Positions 52,051-63,839 are shown, counted from the first letter of the whole stretch. The stretch is DNA of 63,983 bases, filler included, from Octopus bimaculoides (GCF_001194135.2; 11 parts of 10 records of this genome joined end to end with filler, not necessarily neighbours in it); one strand, 5' to 3'. Notes: generated by a model not told the origin, from the letters alone. Numbers and translations are program-made.

Positions 52051-52124
<74 letters not shown>

Positions 52125-52140
52125 TTTACTATTATTATTT
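51661..52140. repeat. (CTT)n, (AGT)n and (AAT)n/(ATT)n microsatellite cluster
   Basis: Direct inspection. Confidence 0.9.
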
Positions 52141-52671
52141 ATGACTAATACTAATACGATTATCATAGTAATTGCTATCGTCGTCCTTGTTATCTTTGTC
52201 GATGTTGTTTAGCAGAAAAATAAAATGGGGAAAAACAAATTTACTCATTTTAAGATATACGAAAATCATCTCAGATGAAAGATGAAAGAGATTGAATAGT
52301 ATTAAAAAAAAATAAAAAAACAAACAAAAGCAAGAAAAAAAGCGAAAAACAAAAATAGGAGAATACAAGACAGGAAGCTTTCGTACACATGCTAAACTGA
52401 ATAGAAACATAAAGAATTGCAGACATTTTCAAATACCTTCAGTATATAAGAAGTAACACACACACACTTACATACGTATCAATGTTTGCATACTCATGTA
52501 CCTATGTATATACTATATACGTATATGCAAGAGTATGTGTGCTCATTCACAGACATATATACACACACTCCCAAAACAATCGAGACGCTAGAACTTTTTC
52601 TGCCATGTTTGATGCATATCTTGGTGTTTGTATATATGTAGGTATGTATGTATATGTGTGTATGTATGTAA

Positions 52672-52750
<79 letters not shown>

Positions 52751-53489
52751 NNNNNNNNNNNNNNNNNNNNNNNNNNNNNNNNNNNNNNNNNNNNTTAATT
52801 AATTAANNNNNNNNNNNNNNNNNNNNNNNNNNNNNNNNNNNNNNNNNNNNTCCTTGCAAATGGTAAACTTCCCAAAAAGCTGAAGGAAGGCACCATATGA
52901 ATTTTTTTTTTAAATCCTGTTTAAGCTTTAATAACAAAACAGTACTTTACGTAACCATTAACACCATATAAGGGTTTTTAAACCATTAAAATAATCTGGT
53001 TAATTAATTCCTTACAACATTTCAAATAATGTTGCTTAATGAGATCGCGTGCATACGTATGAATTAATAAAGAAAAACAGCTTGTTTTTATTGTAAGCAT
53101 ACGCACCTTCTCCCAAAGGCCCTGACATACTTGCATATTGCCCCTGGGGCTAAGCAGGTACCCCACCTGTGATACAGAGCTTCCCTCATTGGTTCATAAA
53201 TAATACAATATCGTGAAGACATGCAGCATCTGAAGGACTGTCGTATTTACAGTTGGTAGGGTTTACCTTGAGAACGGAGGCTACATGTTTTTTCTGTGTT
53301 GGTTGTGACTCGGCTTGCACCATCTAATCGACACGCCACCATTTCAGTTACCAATCTTGCCTTAGGTGTTACAATGAATTAATATTTATTGTACAATTCT
53401 TTACGATCAAATGTCAACAATCACATATGAAGTAATTTGTCCTGATTTGATAAAAGAACGCTCTTCGTAAATGAAATATATTTATCGGT

Positions 53490-53905
53490 CATATTTTTTA
53501 CTTACTTCAGCCATTGGAGTGCGGCCATGCGGAGGCACAATCTTGCGATGTTCACTCGAACGAATCTGCTTCAGTACATTTATTCTTTATTTTTTCTTTT
53601 TTTTTGGGAGGGGGGGAGTTTGGCACTTGTTCTATCGATATCTTTTGTCGAAGCGCTCAGTTTTGCGGATGTAAACAAACTCACACCGTTCGTCAAGCAA
53701 TAGGGTGATGAGGAAAATACAAAGGCACTCATACATACCTGTATACACGACGGACTTCCACACATTTTCCGTCTGCCTCATTCACTCACAAAGTATGGGT
53801 CAGCCCGGGGCTCTAGTAGAAGGCACTTGCGCAAGATGTCGCGCAGTGGAACTGAAATCGAAACCGCATGGCTGCAAAGCGAGCTCTTTAGCCTTGTCTG
53901 CGGCT
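53490..53905 (-). mobile_element. Diverged, deleted SINE B
   Basis: gcggccatgcggaggcac...ggcacttgcgcaagatgtcgcgcagtggaactgaa. Confidence 0.65.
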
Positions 53906-53921
53906 ATATAAAGAAATTATG

Positions 53922-54134
53922 AAGGCAGTGACTTGGCAGAAACGTTAGCCCGCCGGGCGAAATGCTTAGAGGTATTTCGTCTGTCTTTACGTTATGTGTT
54001 CAAATTCCACCGAGGTTGACTTTGCCTTTCATCCTTTCGGGGTCGATAAATTAAGTACCAGTTGTGTACTGGGATCGATCTAATCGACAGGCCCCCTCTT
54101 CCAAAGTTCTGGGCCTTGTGCCTAGAGTAGAAAG
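53922..54134 (+). mobile_element. SINE A, full length, tail type 2
   Basis: Head, body and tail all match. Confidence 0.9.
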
Positions 54135-54164
54135 ATATATCAGAAATTATCATAAAGCAATCAT

Positions 54165-54425
54165 TATAATTCTTTCGTTGTTTTATTGTTTCAGTCATTA
54201 GACTGCGGCCATGCCTTGAAGAATTATTAGCCGAACAAAACGATCCCAGTACTTATTTTGAAACCTGCTATTTATTCAATCGTTCTCTTTTTCCGAACCG
54301 CTGAGTTACGAGGACATAAATACACCACTACTGGTTCTCAATCGGTGGCGGCAGACAAACACAGACACACACACACGTATCTATCTATATATATAGATAT
54401 ATATACATACATACATATATGTATG

Positions 54426-54471
<46 letters not shown>

Positions 54472-54975
54472 ACAGAATTGGACAAGAACACAAAACATCC
54501 AGACAGTTAGGCGACACAAGAAAGGGACAAAACATTCAGATAGACGATAGGAAGAAAACACGGACAGGTCATTCGGAGTTTTTTCTTTCTTCAGTCGAGA
54601 TCCAGATTATCTTTGCAATTTCGGCTGGTTATTCTCGAATAATAACGGGACATAACAACAGATGTCCTCCGAGTAAGGACGAATAAAATTAAGCTGGCGT
54701 ATATGGAAATAAGGCCTTACAGCCGGGATACAAGATTTCACTGGCACGGGGAGAAATAACGATGTTGCACACAGAACAGCCGCCCAAGAAAGAAAGGTCA
54801 GACTTGGCCGAACACCGGTCACGTGGGCAGACGAGCTTCTTTCAGTTTCCGTCCAGTAAATCTACTCACAAGGCTTTGAATGACCCGAGGCTATAGTTGA
54901 ATACACTTGCCCAAAGAGCCACGCAGTAGGACTGAACCCGAAACTATATGGTTGGGAAGCAAACTTCTTACCAGC
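54165..54975 (-). mobile_element. SINE B (tail 54165-54370, head 54830-54975) interrupted at its microsatellite by a PLE-like insert
   Basis: Tail and head match the 20112-20416 halves in the correct order, separated by about 350 bp of another repeat. Confidence 0.8.
54470..54825. mobile_element. Dispersed repeat, probable Penelope-like end; inserted inside a SINE B copy
   Basis: Reverse-complement homologue of 58690-59040 (shared tracts such as aatcttgtatcccggctgtaaggccttatttccatatacgccagcttaa and gagaataaccagccgaaattgcaaagataatctggatc). The PLE assignment is inference. Confidence 0.5.
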
Positions 54976-55529
54976 CGACCATACAAAAAAAAATTATAAC
55001 CTATTTGATTATAGAGTTAAAAAGAGTGCAATTTAATTATCTTAATTGTTAAAGAAACAGTATATAATGAGGTAGTAGCCAGTTTTCAACAGATGTCTTT
55101 CACCTTTTTACTAAAGAATTTCTATGAGAGGAAACATTATAACGAGTCTATATTTCTGAGGCTTTCTCAGACCACACGTCGAAAATAAATACTTGGCAAT
55201 GAAACCAGAATTTATGACAGTCATTTCTTTGGTTGGCTGTTTTATTTTCACATCGTACCACTACAGCGTGTTCCAACAGGTCCCTTCCCGACACGAATTA
55301 TATTTATATTAACCATTGTGTATCGATTTCGGCTTTGTCTTTCATATTTCTGGAGTCTATGAATTAGGAAAGTAAGTAGTGGATTAATTTAATCGACTTT
55401 ACACTACCCTAAAAATGCGTGGGACAGCGTATCTATATATGTATGCATGTATACATATATTATATATATATATATATAACCGCGTGCCGTCATTTTTCAA
55501 TTTACAAAGAAATACGTAAAATCGACATA

Positions 55530-55800
55530 CCCTTTTACTTGTTTCAGTCATTTGACTGTGGCCATGCTGGAGCACCACCTTTAGTCGAGCAGATCGACCC
55601 AAGGACTTATTCTTTGTAAGCCTAGTACTTATTCTATCGGTCTCACTTGCCGAACCGCTAAGTTACGGGGACGTAAACACACCAGCATCGGTTGTCAAGC
55701 GACGTTGGGGGGACAAACACAAAAATACACACACATACACACACACACATTATATATATGTATATATATATACATATATATATATACACACACATATATA
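55530..55800 (-). mobile_element. SINE B 3' half; microsatellite runs into a gap
   Basis: Near-consensus tail. Confidence 0.9.
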
Positions 55801-56237
55801 NNNNNNNNNNNNNNNNNNNNNNNNNNNNNNNNNNNNNNNNNNNNTTAATTAATTAANNNNNNNNNNNNNNNNNNNNNNNNNNNNNNNNNNNNNNNNNNNN
55901 AAGCAAGATAGGGCTGGAGAGAAGACACCTGTCTAGAAGAGTATATGAGGAAAGATGGAAGGAAGTAGGAAGGAAGTTGCGAGTGAGCGGCCCTACTTAA
56001 AACTTTCCTGAAAAAATACAAAGGTGTAGACTGGTGTACCCTGGAATTAGGTATAAACCATTGAAAATATTCCAAGTTTTGTAGAAACATTTTTAAATAT
56101 ATATATTTTTAAACGTATATTTTTTTTAAAAAAAGCTAAAAAGACTCACTAAATGACAATTCTTAAATGTTTGTAGTGTCCTGTATTGTCCCATCTATGT
56201 ATGATATTTTATTATCGTAATAAAGAGAATCGGCTAC

Positions 56238-56279
56238 TTCAGGCTGATGATGAGAATGACTAAGAAACATGTCCCTGAA
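56238..56279 (+). ncRNA. Minimal type I hammerhead ribozyme motif (PLE-type)
   Basis: ttcagg CTGATGA tgagaatgactaa GAAAC ATGTC cctgaa: perfect 6-bp helix I, palindromic ACATGT helix III, GUC triplet; helix II imperfect. Confidence 0.65.
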
Positions 56280-56479
56280 TGCAGAGTAAAGCTGGGTGGG
56301 GAATCTTGTCTCCCCTTCACAAATATACAGACACAGGAAATGTGTTAAGACCAACAGGAAGTGGTATAGCTTCCTAGGGCTAAATAGCAGCTGTATGATT
56401 CCCTTAATAGGTCTGTCACATTAAGTTGACAGTAAATAACTGCTTTATTTTTATTTAATTTTATTTAAAATTTTGATTC

Positions 56480-57170
56480 CTGTTTAAATTTTGCTGGATG
56501 TGCATGTATGACAGAGTGTAAAGGTCTTGAGAGAAATGTTGGGCATAAGAGGCAAGAGAGACGACTGCACTGGTATGGTCGTGTGATGTGTATAGATGTG
56601 GACGGCTGTGTGAAAAAGTGGCAATCTCTACCAATGGAAGGAAGTTGTGGAGGAGGGAGACCCAGAAAGACATGGGAAGCATGATCTTCAAACGTTGGGT
56701 CTCATGGAAGCAATGACCAGTGACCGAGACATTTGACGATATGCTGTGCTTGAGAAGGCCTGTCAAGCCATGTGAAATCACAGTTGTGACCATTGTTGAG
56801 GTCACATAACTAGTAACCATGCTGGTGGCATGTGAAAAGCACCTTTCGAGTGCTGGGCCTTATGGAGGTAATAACAAATGACCGAAACTTTTGGCAATAT
56901 GCTGTGCTTGAGAGGATGACCCATCATGCTAAGTGAATTCATAGTTGTGGAAGATAACGATGTCACACAACTGGCACCTGTGCTAGTGGCGCACAAAAAT
57001 CACCCATTACACTCTCAAAGTGGTCAGCGTTAAGAAGTGCATCCAGCCATAGAAACCATGCCAAATCAGACTGGAGTCTGGTGCAGCCCCCCTCAGCTTA
57101 CCAGCCCTAGTCAAACCATCCGACTCATGCCAGCATGGACAATGGACGTTAAATGATGATGACGATGATT
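56480..57170 (+). mobile_element. RTE-clade LINE 3' end (ORF C-terminus + 3' UTR + (GAT)n tail)
   Basis: ERRLHWYGRVMCIDVDGCVKKWQSLPMEGSCGGGRPRKTWEA* (56556-56684), then UTR gcatccagccatagaaaccatgcc...ggacgttaaatgatgatgacgat. Confidence 0.8.
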
Positions 57171-57434
57171 TCTTTTGTATTTGATACTCCATTAGATTAT
57201 TAATGACCACCCCATCAGAATTTTAGCTAATGATGTCTCATGTCAATTTTTCTTATGTAAAACTCTATTTTGTGAATTTGTAATTTCAGTTTAAATATTC
57301 TTTTTGAAAATTGAAATTCTAATTTCTGAATTATAGAGTATATTTATCTTTTAAAATTTACGAAGTTTAATTTAAGTATGCTGATAGAGTAAGTTATTCT
57401 CCTCAAACTTTTCTTAACGATATTCATCTGACAG

Positions 57435-57602
57435 ATTCAAGGACTTTGTGGCAACTTTGATTTTGATATTACTAATGATTTCAATGGGCCAAATGGTTTG
57501 CCTTTGGATAAGGTGTCTTTCACTCAAGCCTATCTATCTCCCACATGTGAAAGACAACAAAGAGAAGATGTTGAAGAAGTACCTTGTTCGTCACATTTTA
57601 AT
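57435..57602 (+). CDS. Internal exon (168 bp, phase 0-0): C-terminal part of a VWD domain of a mucin/vWF/hemolectin/SCO-spondin-like protein
   Basis: Acceptor ...catctgacAG and donor GTAAGT. Open frame IQGLCGNFDFDITNDFNGPNGLPLDKVSFTQAYLSPTCERQQREDVEEVPCSSHFN contains the hallmark VWD motif GLCGNFD..NDF..P.G. Confidence 0.9.
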
Positions 57603-57832
57603 GTAAGTATTTTCCCCTTTATTAAAATTTGTTTTGGGTTCGTTAGATGATTGCTAACTAGATTTCATTGTTAAGTTTCCTTTAGCAATGCATTATATGA
57701 ATAAGTTCTTTTAAAATATTTCGTTTTTGGATTTGGTTTGCAAGATTTTTTATGTGATTTCGTGTGTTGAAGCATATTCTGTTGAGTCTGGGGAGAGTCA
57801 TTTTCTTATTGTGCCTTAAAATTTTTAAATAT

Positions 57833-58003
57833 TACTTTCAAATTTTGGCTCAAGACCAACAACTTAGAGTTGATGGAGTAAGTCAATTACATCGACCCCA
57901 GTCATCAACTGATTGTTATTTTATCAACCCTGAAATGATGGACGACAAAGTCGATATTGGCAGAGTTTGAACTCAGAACGTAAAAATGCCATTAAGCATT
58001 TAG
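57833..58003 (-). mobile_element. Diverged SINE A in the VWD-C8 intron
   Basis: gtcaattacatcgaccccagt...tttgaactcagaacgtaa. Confidence 0.75.
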
Positions 58004-58020
58004 AAAAGATTACATAAAAG

Positions 58021-58252
58021 TATTGGGTTGTCCGGAAAGTTCGTGCTGATTTATAGTAGCTTACCTTTCGACTTATTTGCCATGAAACCACCTCAATTCT
58101 GGGAAAGGGGTATTTTCAAGTTAAAGGAAAGATGGAGACGCATTGTGCAGCAAAATGGTTCATATTTGGATGATTAAAAATGTAATGGCAAGTATTTATT
58201 GACCTTTTTCTTTCCTTTAAAAATCGGCACGAACTTTCCAGACAACCCAATA
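58021..58252 (+). mobile_element. Mariner-derived MITE, complete, in the intron between the VWD and C8 exons
   Basis: TA-flanked about 30-bp TIRs; internal FWERGIFKLKERWRRIVQQNGSYLDD* resembles a mariner transposase C-terminus. Confidence 0.9.
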
Positions 58253-58395
58253 TATAATTCTTTAAATGATTATAATTAATTGTAAATAATAACCATGCAT
58301 AGTTATTGTTCCTTAAAAGAATATCAGTAGTTTTGTATGTAAATTAATTAACATGTTGGAGCGTTTTTCTTACATAAAATATATTATTTTTTTAG

Positions 58396-58636
58396 GACAA
58401 AAAGGTCGTTAAGAAGTATTGCCAACACCTTCGAGGAAGTGCCACATTTGCTAAGTGTAATGAAATAGTCCAGTCTCACTTATTTTACGACTTATGTATG
58501 AGAGATATGTGTACACAACATTCCAACAAAAACGTGGAAAGTTTATGCATTGCTCTGGAAGCTTATGCCAGGGAATGTGCTATTAATGGTGTCATTGTGG
58601 AATGGAGGAAAAATAATACATTGTCTCAGTTATGCC
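58396..58636 (+). CDS. Internal exon (241 bp, phase 0-1): C8 domain following the VWD domain
   Basis: Acceptor tattattttttttAG and donor GTAAGT; phase-compatible with the upstream exon. DKKVVKKYCQHLRGSATFAKCNEIVQSHLFYDLCMRDMCTQHSNKNVESLCIALEAYARECAINGVIVEWRKNNTLSQLC matches the C8 pattern C..L...F..C...V..Y..C..D.C...LC.AL.AYA.EC...G....WR. Confidence 0.9.
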
Positions 58637-58689
58637 GTAAGTTTTTCAGATTCTTGTTTTTGTTATTTGTATATATGTGCATGTGCGTG

Positions 58690-59040
58690 CGACATCGTTA
58701 TTTCTCCCTGTGCCTGTTAAATCTTGTATCCCGGCTGTAAGGCCTTATTTCCATATACGCCAGCTTAATTGTATTCATCCTTAGTCGAAAGACATCCGTT
58801 GTTATGTCCCGTTATTATTCCTACTGTATTTGTGTAACATTGTTCGTTTTTTCTTTCCGTCCTTGTTTTTGTATACATTCGCTGCTTTCTTCCAAGGAAT
58901 CTAATGCTCTTAGCTTAGTTTTTCCTTGGGGCTGGCCAGATTGGAGCAATATAGAGAATAACCAGCCGAAATTGCAAAGATAATCTGGATCACCTAACTT
59001 TCTGGATGTTTTGTGTTCTTGTCCCATTCTGTATTACTTA
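58690..59040. mobile_element. Dispersed repeat, probable Penelope-like end (inverted relative to 54470-54825)
   Basis: Long near-identical tracts to the reverse complement of 54470-54825, with complementary internal deletions. Confidence 0.5.
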
Positions 59041-59942
59041 TATATATATAGCGGCGTACGTCTCTTATATGTAAGTACACATTTTTCTATATATGTATGT
59101 GAGTATCACCAAATATCTGTAAAGCAGCAAATTTGCAAAGTTGTTAGAGCATCAAATAGGTTGCCTTGCTGTAATTGTTGCCAGTCTATGGACAACTTTG
59201 CAGCATTGTTTAAGTATTGGGTTAGGGTTAACTGTTCCAGACCTTTGCAATTCCTACAGCAAAATTACTGTCAACGCTTTCTTTGGACAACCTTGGTAAT
59301 GGGGGAGAAAGAAATTTTCATGCATGAGCAATTGTGAATCTTTTGCAAAGAGATCAAAAGAGGCCTATGTATAACTGTATGTCCTGTTTTTGTTAACACT
59401 TTCACCTGCCGTAAAAAATCCCAAATTTTATTTAATTTGCTTTGCGGGAAGGACTGTTTCAACGAAGTCGCATATTGTCCTTTCCTTTGAAACGCGGGAT
59501 AGATGAAACAGGGACAACTGACGAAGGGGTATACTCTTTATGTTGCATGTCTCAATTCTCTGTTTGTTTTTTTCGTTGTTCGAAAAAGTTCGTTTTCTAT
59601 GTTTTGATTTCTCATTGTGTTTAACATCTTTTTTTTGATGTCCTGTACCCATAAATGCATGTACGTATACATATAGATGTAGGTATGTACATATATGTAT
59701 GGATATATGCATACATTTATACATAGAGCAGCTGACGAAGGATTAATTCCAAGTGGCTATCAGTTTTCCTATGTGTTCGTTCCGTGGTCTGTAGTTCATT
59801 GTTCTAACGTCCNNNNNNNNNNNNNNNNNNNNNNNNNNNNNNNNNNNNNNNNNNNNNNNNNNNNNNNNNNNNNNNNNNNNNNNNNNNNNNNNNNNNNNNN
59901 NNNNNNNNNNNNTATATATATATATACATACATATATATATA

Positions 59943-60731
59943 ATGGGCTTCTTTTAGCTTCTGTCTACCAAATCCACTCACAAGACTTGACTTTGGTTAA
60001 CCTGGAGCCATAATAGAAGGTATTTGCTCAAGGTGCTATGCAGTGAAACTGAACCAAGAACCATGTGGTTCAGAAGCAAATTTCTTACCATGCAGCAACA
60101 AGTGCTGACATTTCCCTGTGAACTATTTGCCTGGTAGCTTTGCACTTTCAAACAGGAGTAAAATAAAAAAAACCCTTACATGAAAAAGAACTAAAAATTA
60201 GTTACAAGCTAAAATGTATCTGACACGACAATACTACCCTCATTTCATTCTAATGATGAGGAAGTCAAGGTTTCAAAATGGATTTAAAAGGACTATTAAT
60301 CCAAGCTATACCTGAAGGATTAGTATAATGGAATATAAAGACTTTAAGAAAAAGGGTTATACGAGTACATAGATGTAGTTGTCTTTAATGTAGCATTTCA
60401 TGTGAGTGTACATGTGTGTGTAGCTGTCTGTCTGTCTGCTTTTCTGCTTTCTTTCTGTCTATCTGTCTCTGCGTATGTGTGTGTGTGTATAGATATGACT
60501 CTTTACTCTTTTACTTGTTTCAGTCATTTGACTGTGGCCATGCTGGAGCACCGCCTTTAGTCGAACAAATCGACCGCAGGACTTATTCTTTGGAAGCCTA
60601 GTACTTATTCTATCGGTCTCTTTTTGCCGAACTGCTATGTTATTGGGATGTAAACACACCAGCATTGGTTATCAAGCGATGTTGGGGGGACAAACAAAGA
60701 CACACAAACATATACACGGACATGCATATAT
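59943..60731 (-). mobile_element. SINE B head (59943-60095) and a separate SINE B tail (60505-60731), each abutting a gap at the microsatellite
   Basis: Consensus matches; the order shows they belong to two different copies. Confidence 0.8.
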
Positions 60732-61282
60732 NNNNNNNNNNNNNNNNNNNNNNNNNNNNNNNNNNNNNNNNNNNNNNNNNNNNNNNNNNNNNNNNNNNNN
60801 NNNNNNNNNNNNNNNNNNNNNNNNNNNNNNNNNNNNNNNNNNNNNNNNNNNNNNNNNNNNNNNNNNNNNNNNNNNNNNNNNNNNNNNNNNNNNNNNNNNN
60901 NNNNNNNNNNNNNNNNNNNNNNNNNNNNNNNNNNNNNNNNNNNNNNNNNNNNNNNNNNNNNNNNNNNNNNNNNNNNNNNNNNNNNNNNNNNNNNNNNNNN
61001 NNNNNNNNNNNNNNNNNNNNNNNNNNNNNNNNNNNNNNNNNNNNNNNNNNNNNNNNNNNNNNNNNNNNNNNNNNNNNNNNNNNNNNNNNNNNNNNNNNNN
61101 NNNNNNNNNNNNNNNNNNNNNNNNNNNNNNNNNNNNNNNNNNNNNNNNNNNNNNNNNNNNNNNNNNNNNNNNNNNNNNNNNNNNNNNNNNNNNNNNNNNN
61201 NNNNNNNNATTCAACCTTGAATTTATATCAAAACTTATATACATATATATGTCTTTTCTACAATAATATTTCTGCATTTTCG

Positions 61283-61371
61283 TGCAGCTGAAGATTGCTC
61301 TTCATATTGCATTTAAGGTAATGCTCGCATTACTTAAATAAATTGAAGTAGCATGAAACGTGCGTACTGCA
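61283..61371 (+). ncRNA. Type I hammerhead motif with extended (about 60 nt) helix II
   Basis: tgcag CTGAAGA [ttgctcttca...tttaaggtaatgc-tc-gcattacttaaa...tgaagtagcat] GAAAC GTGC GTA ctgca: helix I tgcag/ctgca, GUA triplet, U-U at the first helix II pair. Confidence 0.6.
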
Positions 61372-61489
61372 ATCACCTTTGAAATCCGTGTTGCTTATTT
61401 TTTGATTTTGATCACCTATCCTTTTGGGATACGATATTCGGGTGCCTACGCATAAGTACCGTATTCAACCTTGAATTTATATCAAAACT

Positions 61490-61521
<32 letters not shown>

Positions 61522-61984
61522 ATAATGAAATGATTGTATATAGTGTTTAGGTGCACTACAACTTGTCAAAAGTGCGTATAAAGCATATGCAGTAATGTAC
61601 AAATGTCTGGAAAGTGAACAGTGTACGAGTCAGATACATGCTTGCTTGTGTATATATGTATGTGTGTGTATACATATATGTGTGTTTGTATACATACATC
61701 TGTATGTGTGTATACATACATATATATCTTTATATATGTATATATATATGCAAGTATGTGTATATATACATATATACAAAAACACACACATACTTTTCTT
61801 AAAGCTGAAAAATCTTTACAGTTTTATGAAGATTTTGCAGCTTTAATAAAAGCATTTTACTCTTCCTTTGGTTATCAAGTACTATTTTTTCCACCTTGTT
61901 TTGCATTTATGTGCTTACTTCTGTGTGTGTGTGCATGTATGCATGTGTGTTGTGTGTGTGCATACATATATACTTGAATATATA

Positions 61985-62306
61985 TATATTCTTTTACTCT
62001 TTTACTCTTTTACTTGTTTCAGTCTTTTGACTGTGGCCATGCTGGAGCACCGCCTTTAGTCGAGCAAATCGACCCCAGGACTTATTCTTTGGAAGCCTAG
62101 TACTTATTCTTTCGGTCTCTTTTGCCGAACCGCTAAGTTACAGGGACATAAACACACCAGCATCGGTTGTCAAGCGATGTTGGGGGGACAAACACAGACA
62201 TACAAACACATACACACATACATATATATATATACATATATACGACAGGCTTCTTTCAGTTTCCGTCTACCAAATCCACTCACAAGGCATTGGTCGGCCC
62301 GAGGCT
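61985..62306 (-). mobile_element. SINE B, nearly complete; head truncated by a gap
   Basis: Tail + microsatellite + gacaggcttctttcagtttccgtctaccaaatccactcacaagg. Confidence 0.9.
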
Positions 62307-63204
62307 NNNNNNNNNNNNNNNNNNNNNNNNNNNNNNNNNNNNNNNNNNNNNNNNNNNNNNNNNNNNNNNNNNNNNNNNNNNNNNNNNNNNNNNNNNNNNN
62401 NNNNNNNNNNNNNNNNNNNNNNNNNNNNNNNNNNNNNNNNNNNNNNNNNNNNNNNNNNNNNNNNNNNNNNNNNNNNNNNNNNNNNNNNNNNNNNNNNNNN
62501 NNNNNNNNNNNNNNNNNNNNNNNNNNNNNNNNNNNNNNNNNNNNNNNNNNNNNNNNNNNNNNNNNNNNNNNNNNNNNNNNNNNNNNNNNNNNNNNNNNNN
62601 NNNNNNNNNNNNNNNNNNNNNNNNNNNNNNNNNNNNNNNNNNNNNNNNNNNNNNNNNNNNNNNNNNNNNNNNNNNNNNNNNNNNNNNNNNNNNNNNNNNN
62701 NNNNNNNNNNNNNNNNNNNNNNNNNNNNNNNNNNNNNNNNNNNNNNNNNNNNNNNNNNNNNNNNNNNNNNNNNNNNNNNNNNNNNNNNNNNNNNNNNNNN
62801 NNNNNNNNNNNNNNNNNNNNNNNNNNNNNNNNNNNNNNNNNNNNNNNNNNNNNNNNNNNNNNNNNNNNNNNNNNNNNNNNNNNNNNNNNNNNNNNNNNNN
62901 NNNNNNNNNNNNNNNNNNNNNNNNNNNNNNNNNNNNNNNNNNNNNNNNNNNNNNNNNNNNNNNNNNNNNNNNNNNNNNNNNNNNNNNNNNNNNNNNNNNN
63001 NNNNNNNNNNNNNNNNNNNNNNNNNNNNCTTTTTTCTTTTTTGGCTGTTTCCTCTCTTTCCAACTCTGTTGTGTTCTATTTCAATCTATCTTTCATTTTT
63101 TTCTTGCGGTCTATCTATCTAACTATTTGTTCCTCTCTGTCTATGAACCTATCTGTTTATATATCTGTCTGTCTACCCATCTGTACATAAATCAGTTTAT
63201 CTAT

Positions 63205-63240
<36 letters not shown>

Positions 63241-63839
63241 ATGTCTATCTATCTATCTGTCTATATGTCTGTCTATCTATCTATCTGTCTATCTGTCTGT
63301 CTGTCTGACTGTCTTTTCTGTCTCTATGCTTATCAAACTTTCTCTTTCTGCATTTGTATTGATATTATATGCATGTGTATATATACATACACACATTCAT
63401 ACATACATACATACATTATATACATATCTATATATATTATATATATATATAAATCTATATATATATTTATATAAGGTGAGAGAGAGAGACAAATAGACAG
63501 ATAGGCAGAATGATAGATGGATAAACAGACAGACAGAAAACAGACAGACAGACAGATAGACTGACTGACAGATAGGGAGATAGTCAACACATTTCTCTCT
63601 TAGATCACACTTAAGGGAATCTTCCCCTGGCTGAATGGTACTCTCCAAGAATCTGTAGAACATTCCCTAACTCCATTCCCAGGAACCAAAGTTTGTTTTT
63701 AAGGAGTTGTGGGTAGTGGGGAGAGGAGGAGAAGAAGTGGTGTAAGTTTCACACAAATTCAAAACTGTTGTTTAAGGCTGGGGAGTGGAGGGAGAGATCG
63801 GTACAAGTAGTGGTGGTTGAGGTGGTGGTGGTTGCGTTA

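Noticed and set aside
59510-59765. Two CTGACGA-A-stem motifs (59518, 59731)
   Set aside because: Neither has the GAAA half of the core; the region is probably PLE-related but cannot be called a ribozyme.
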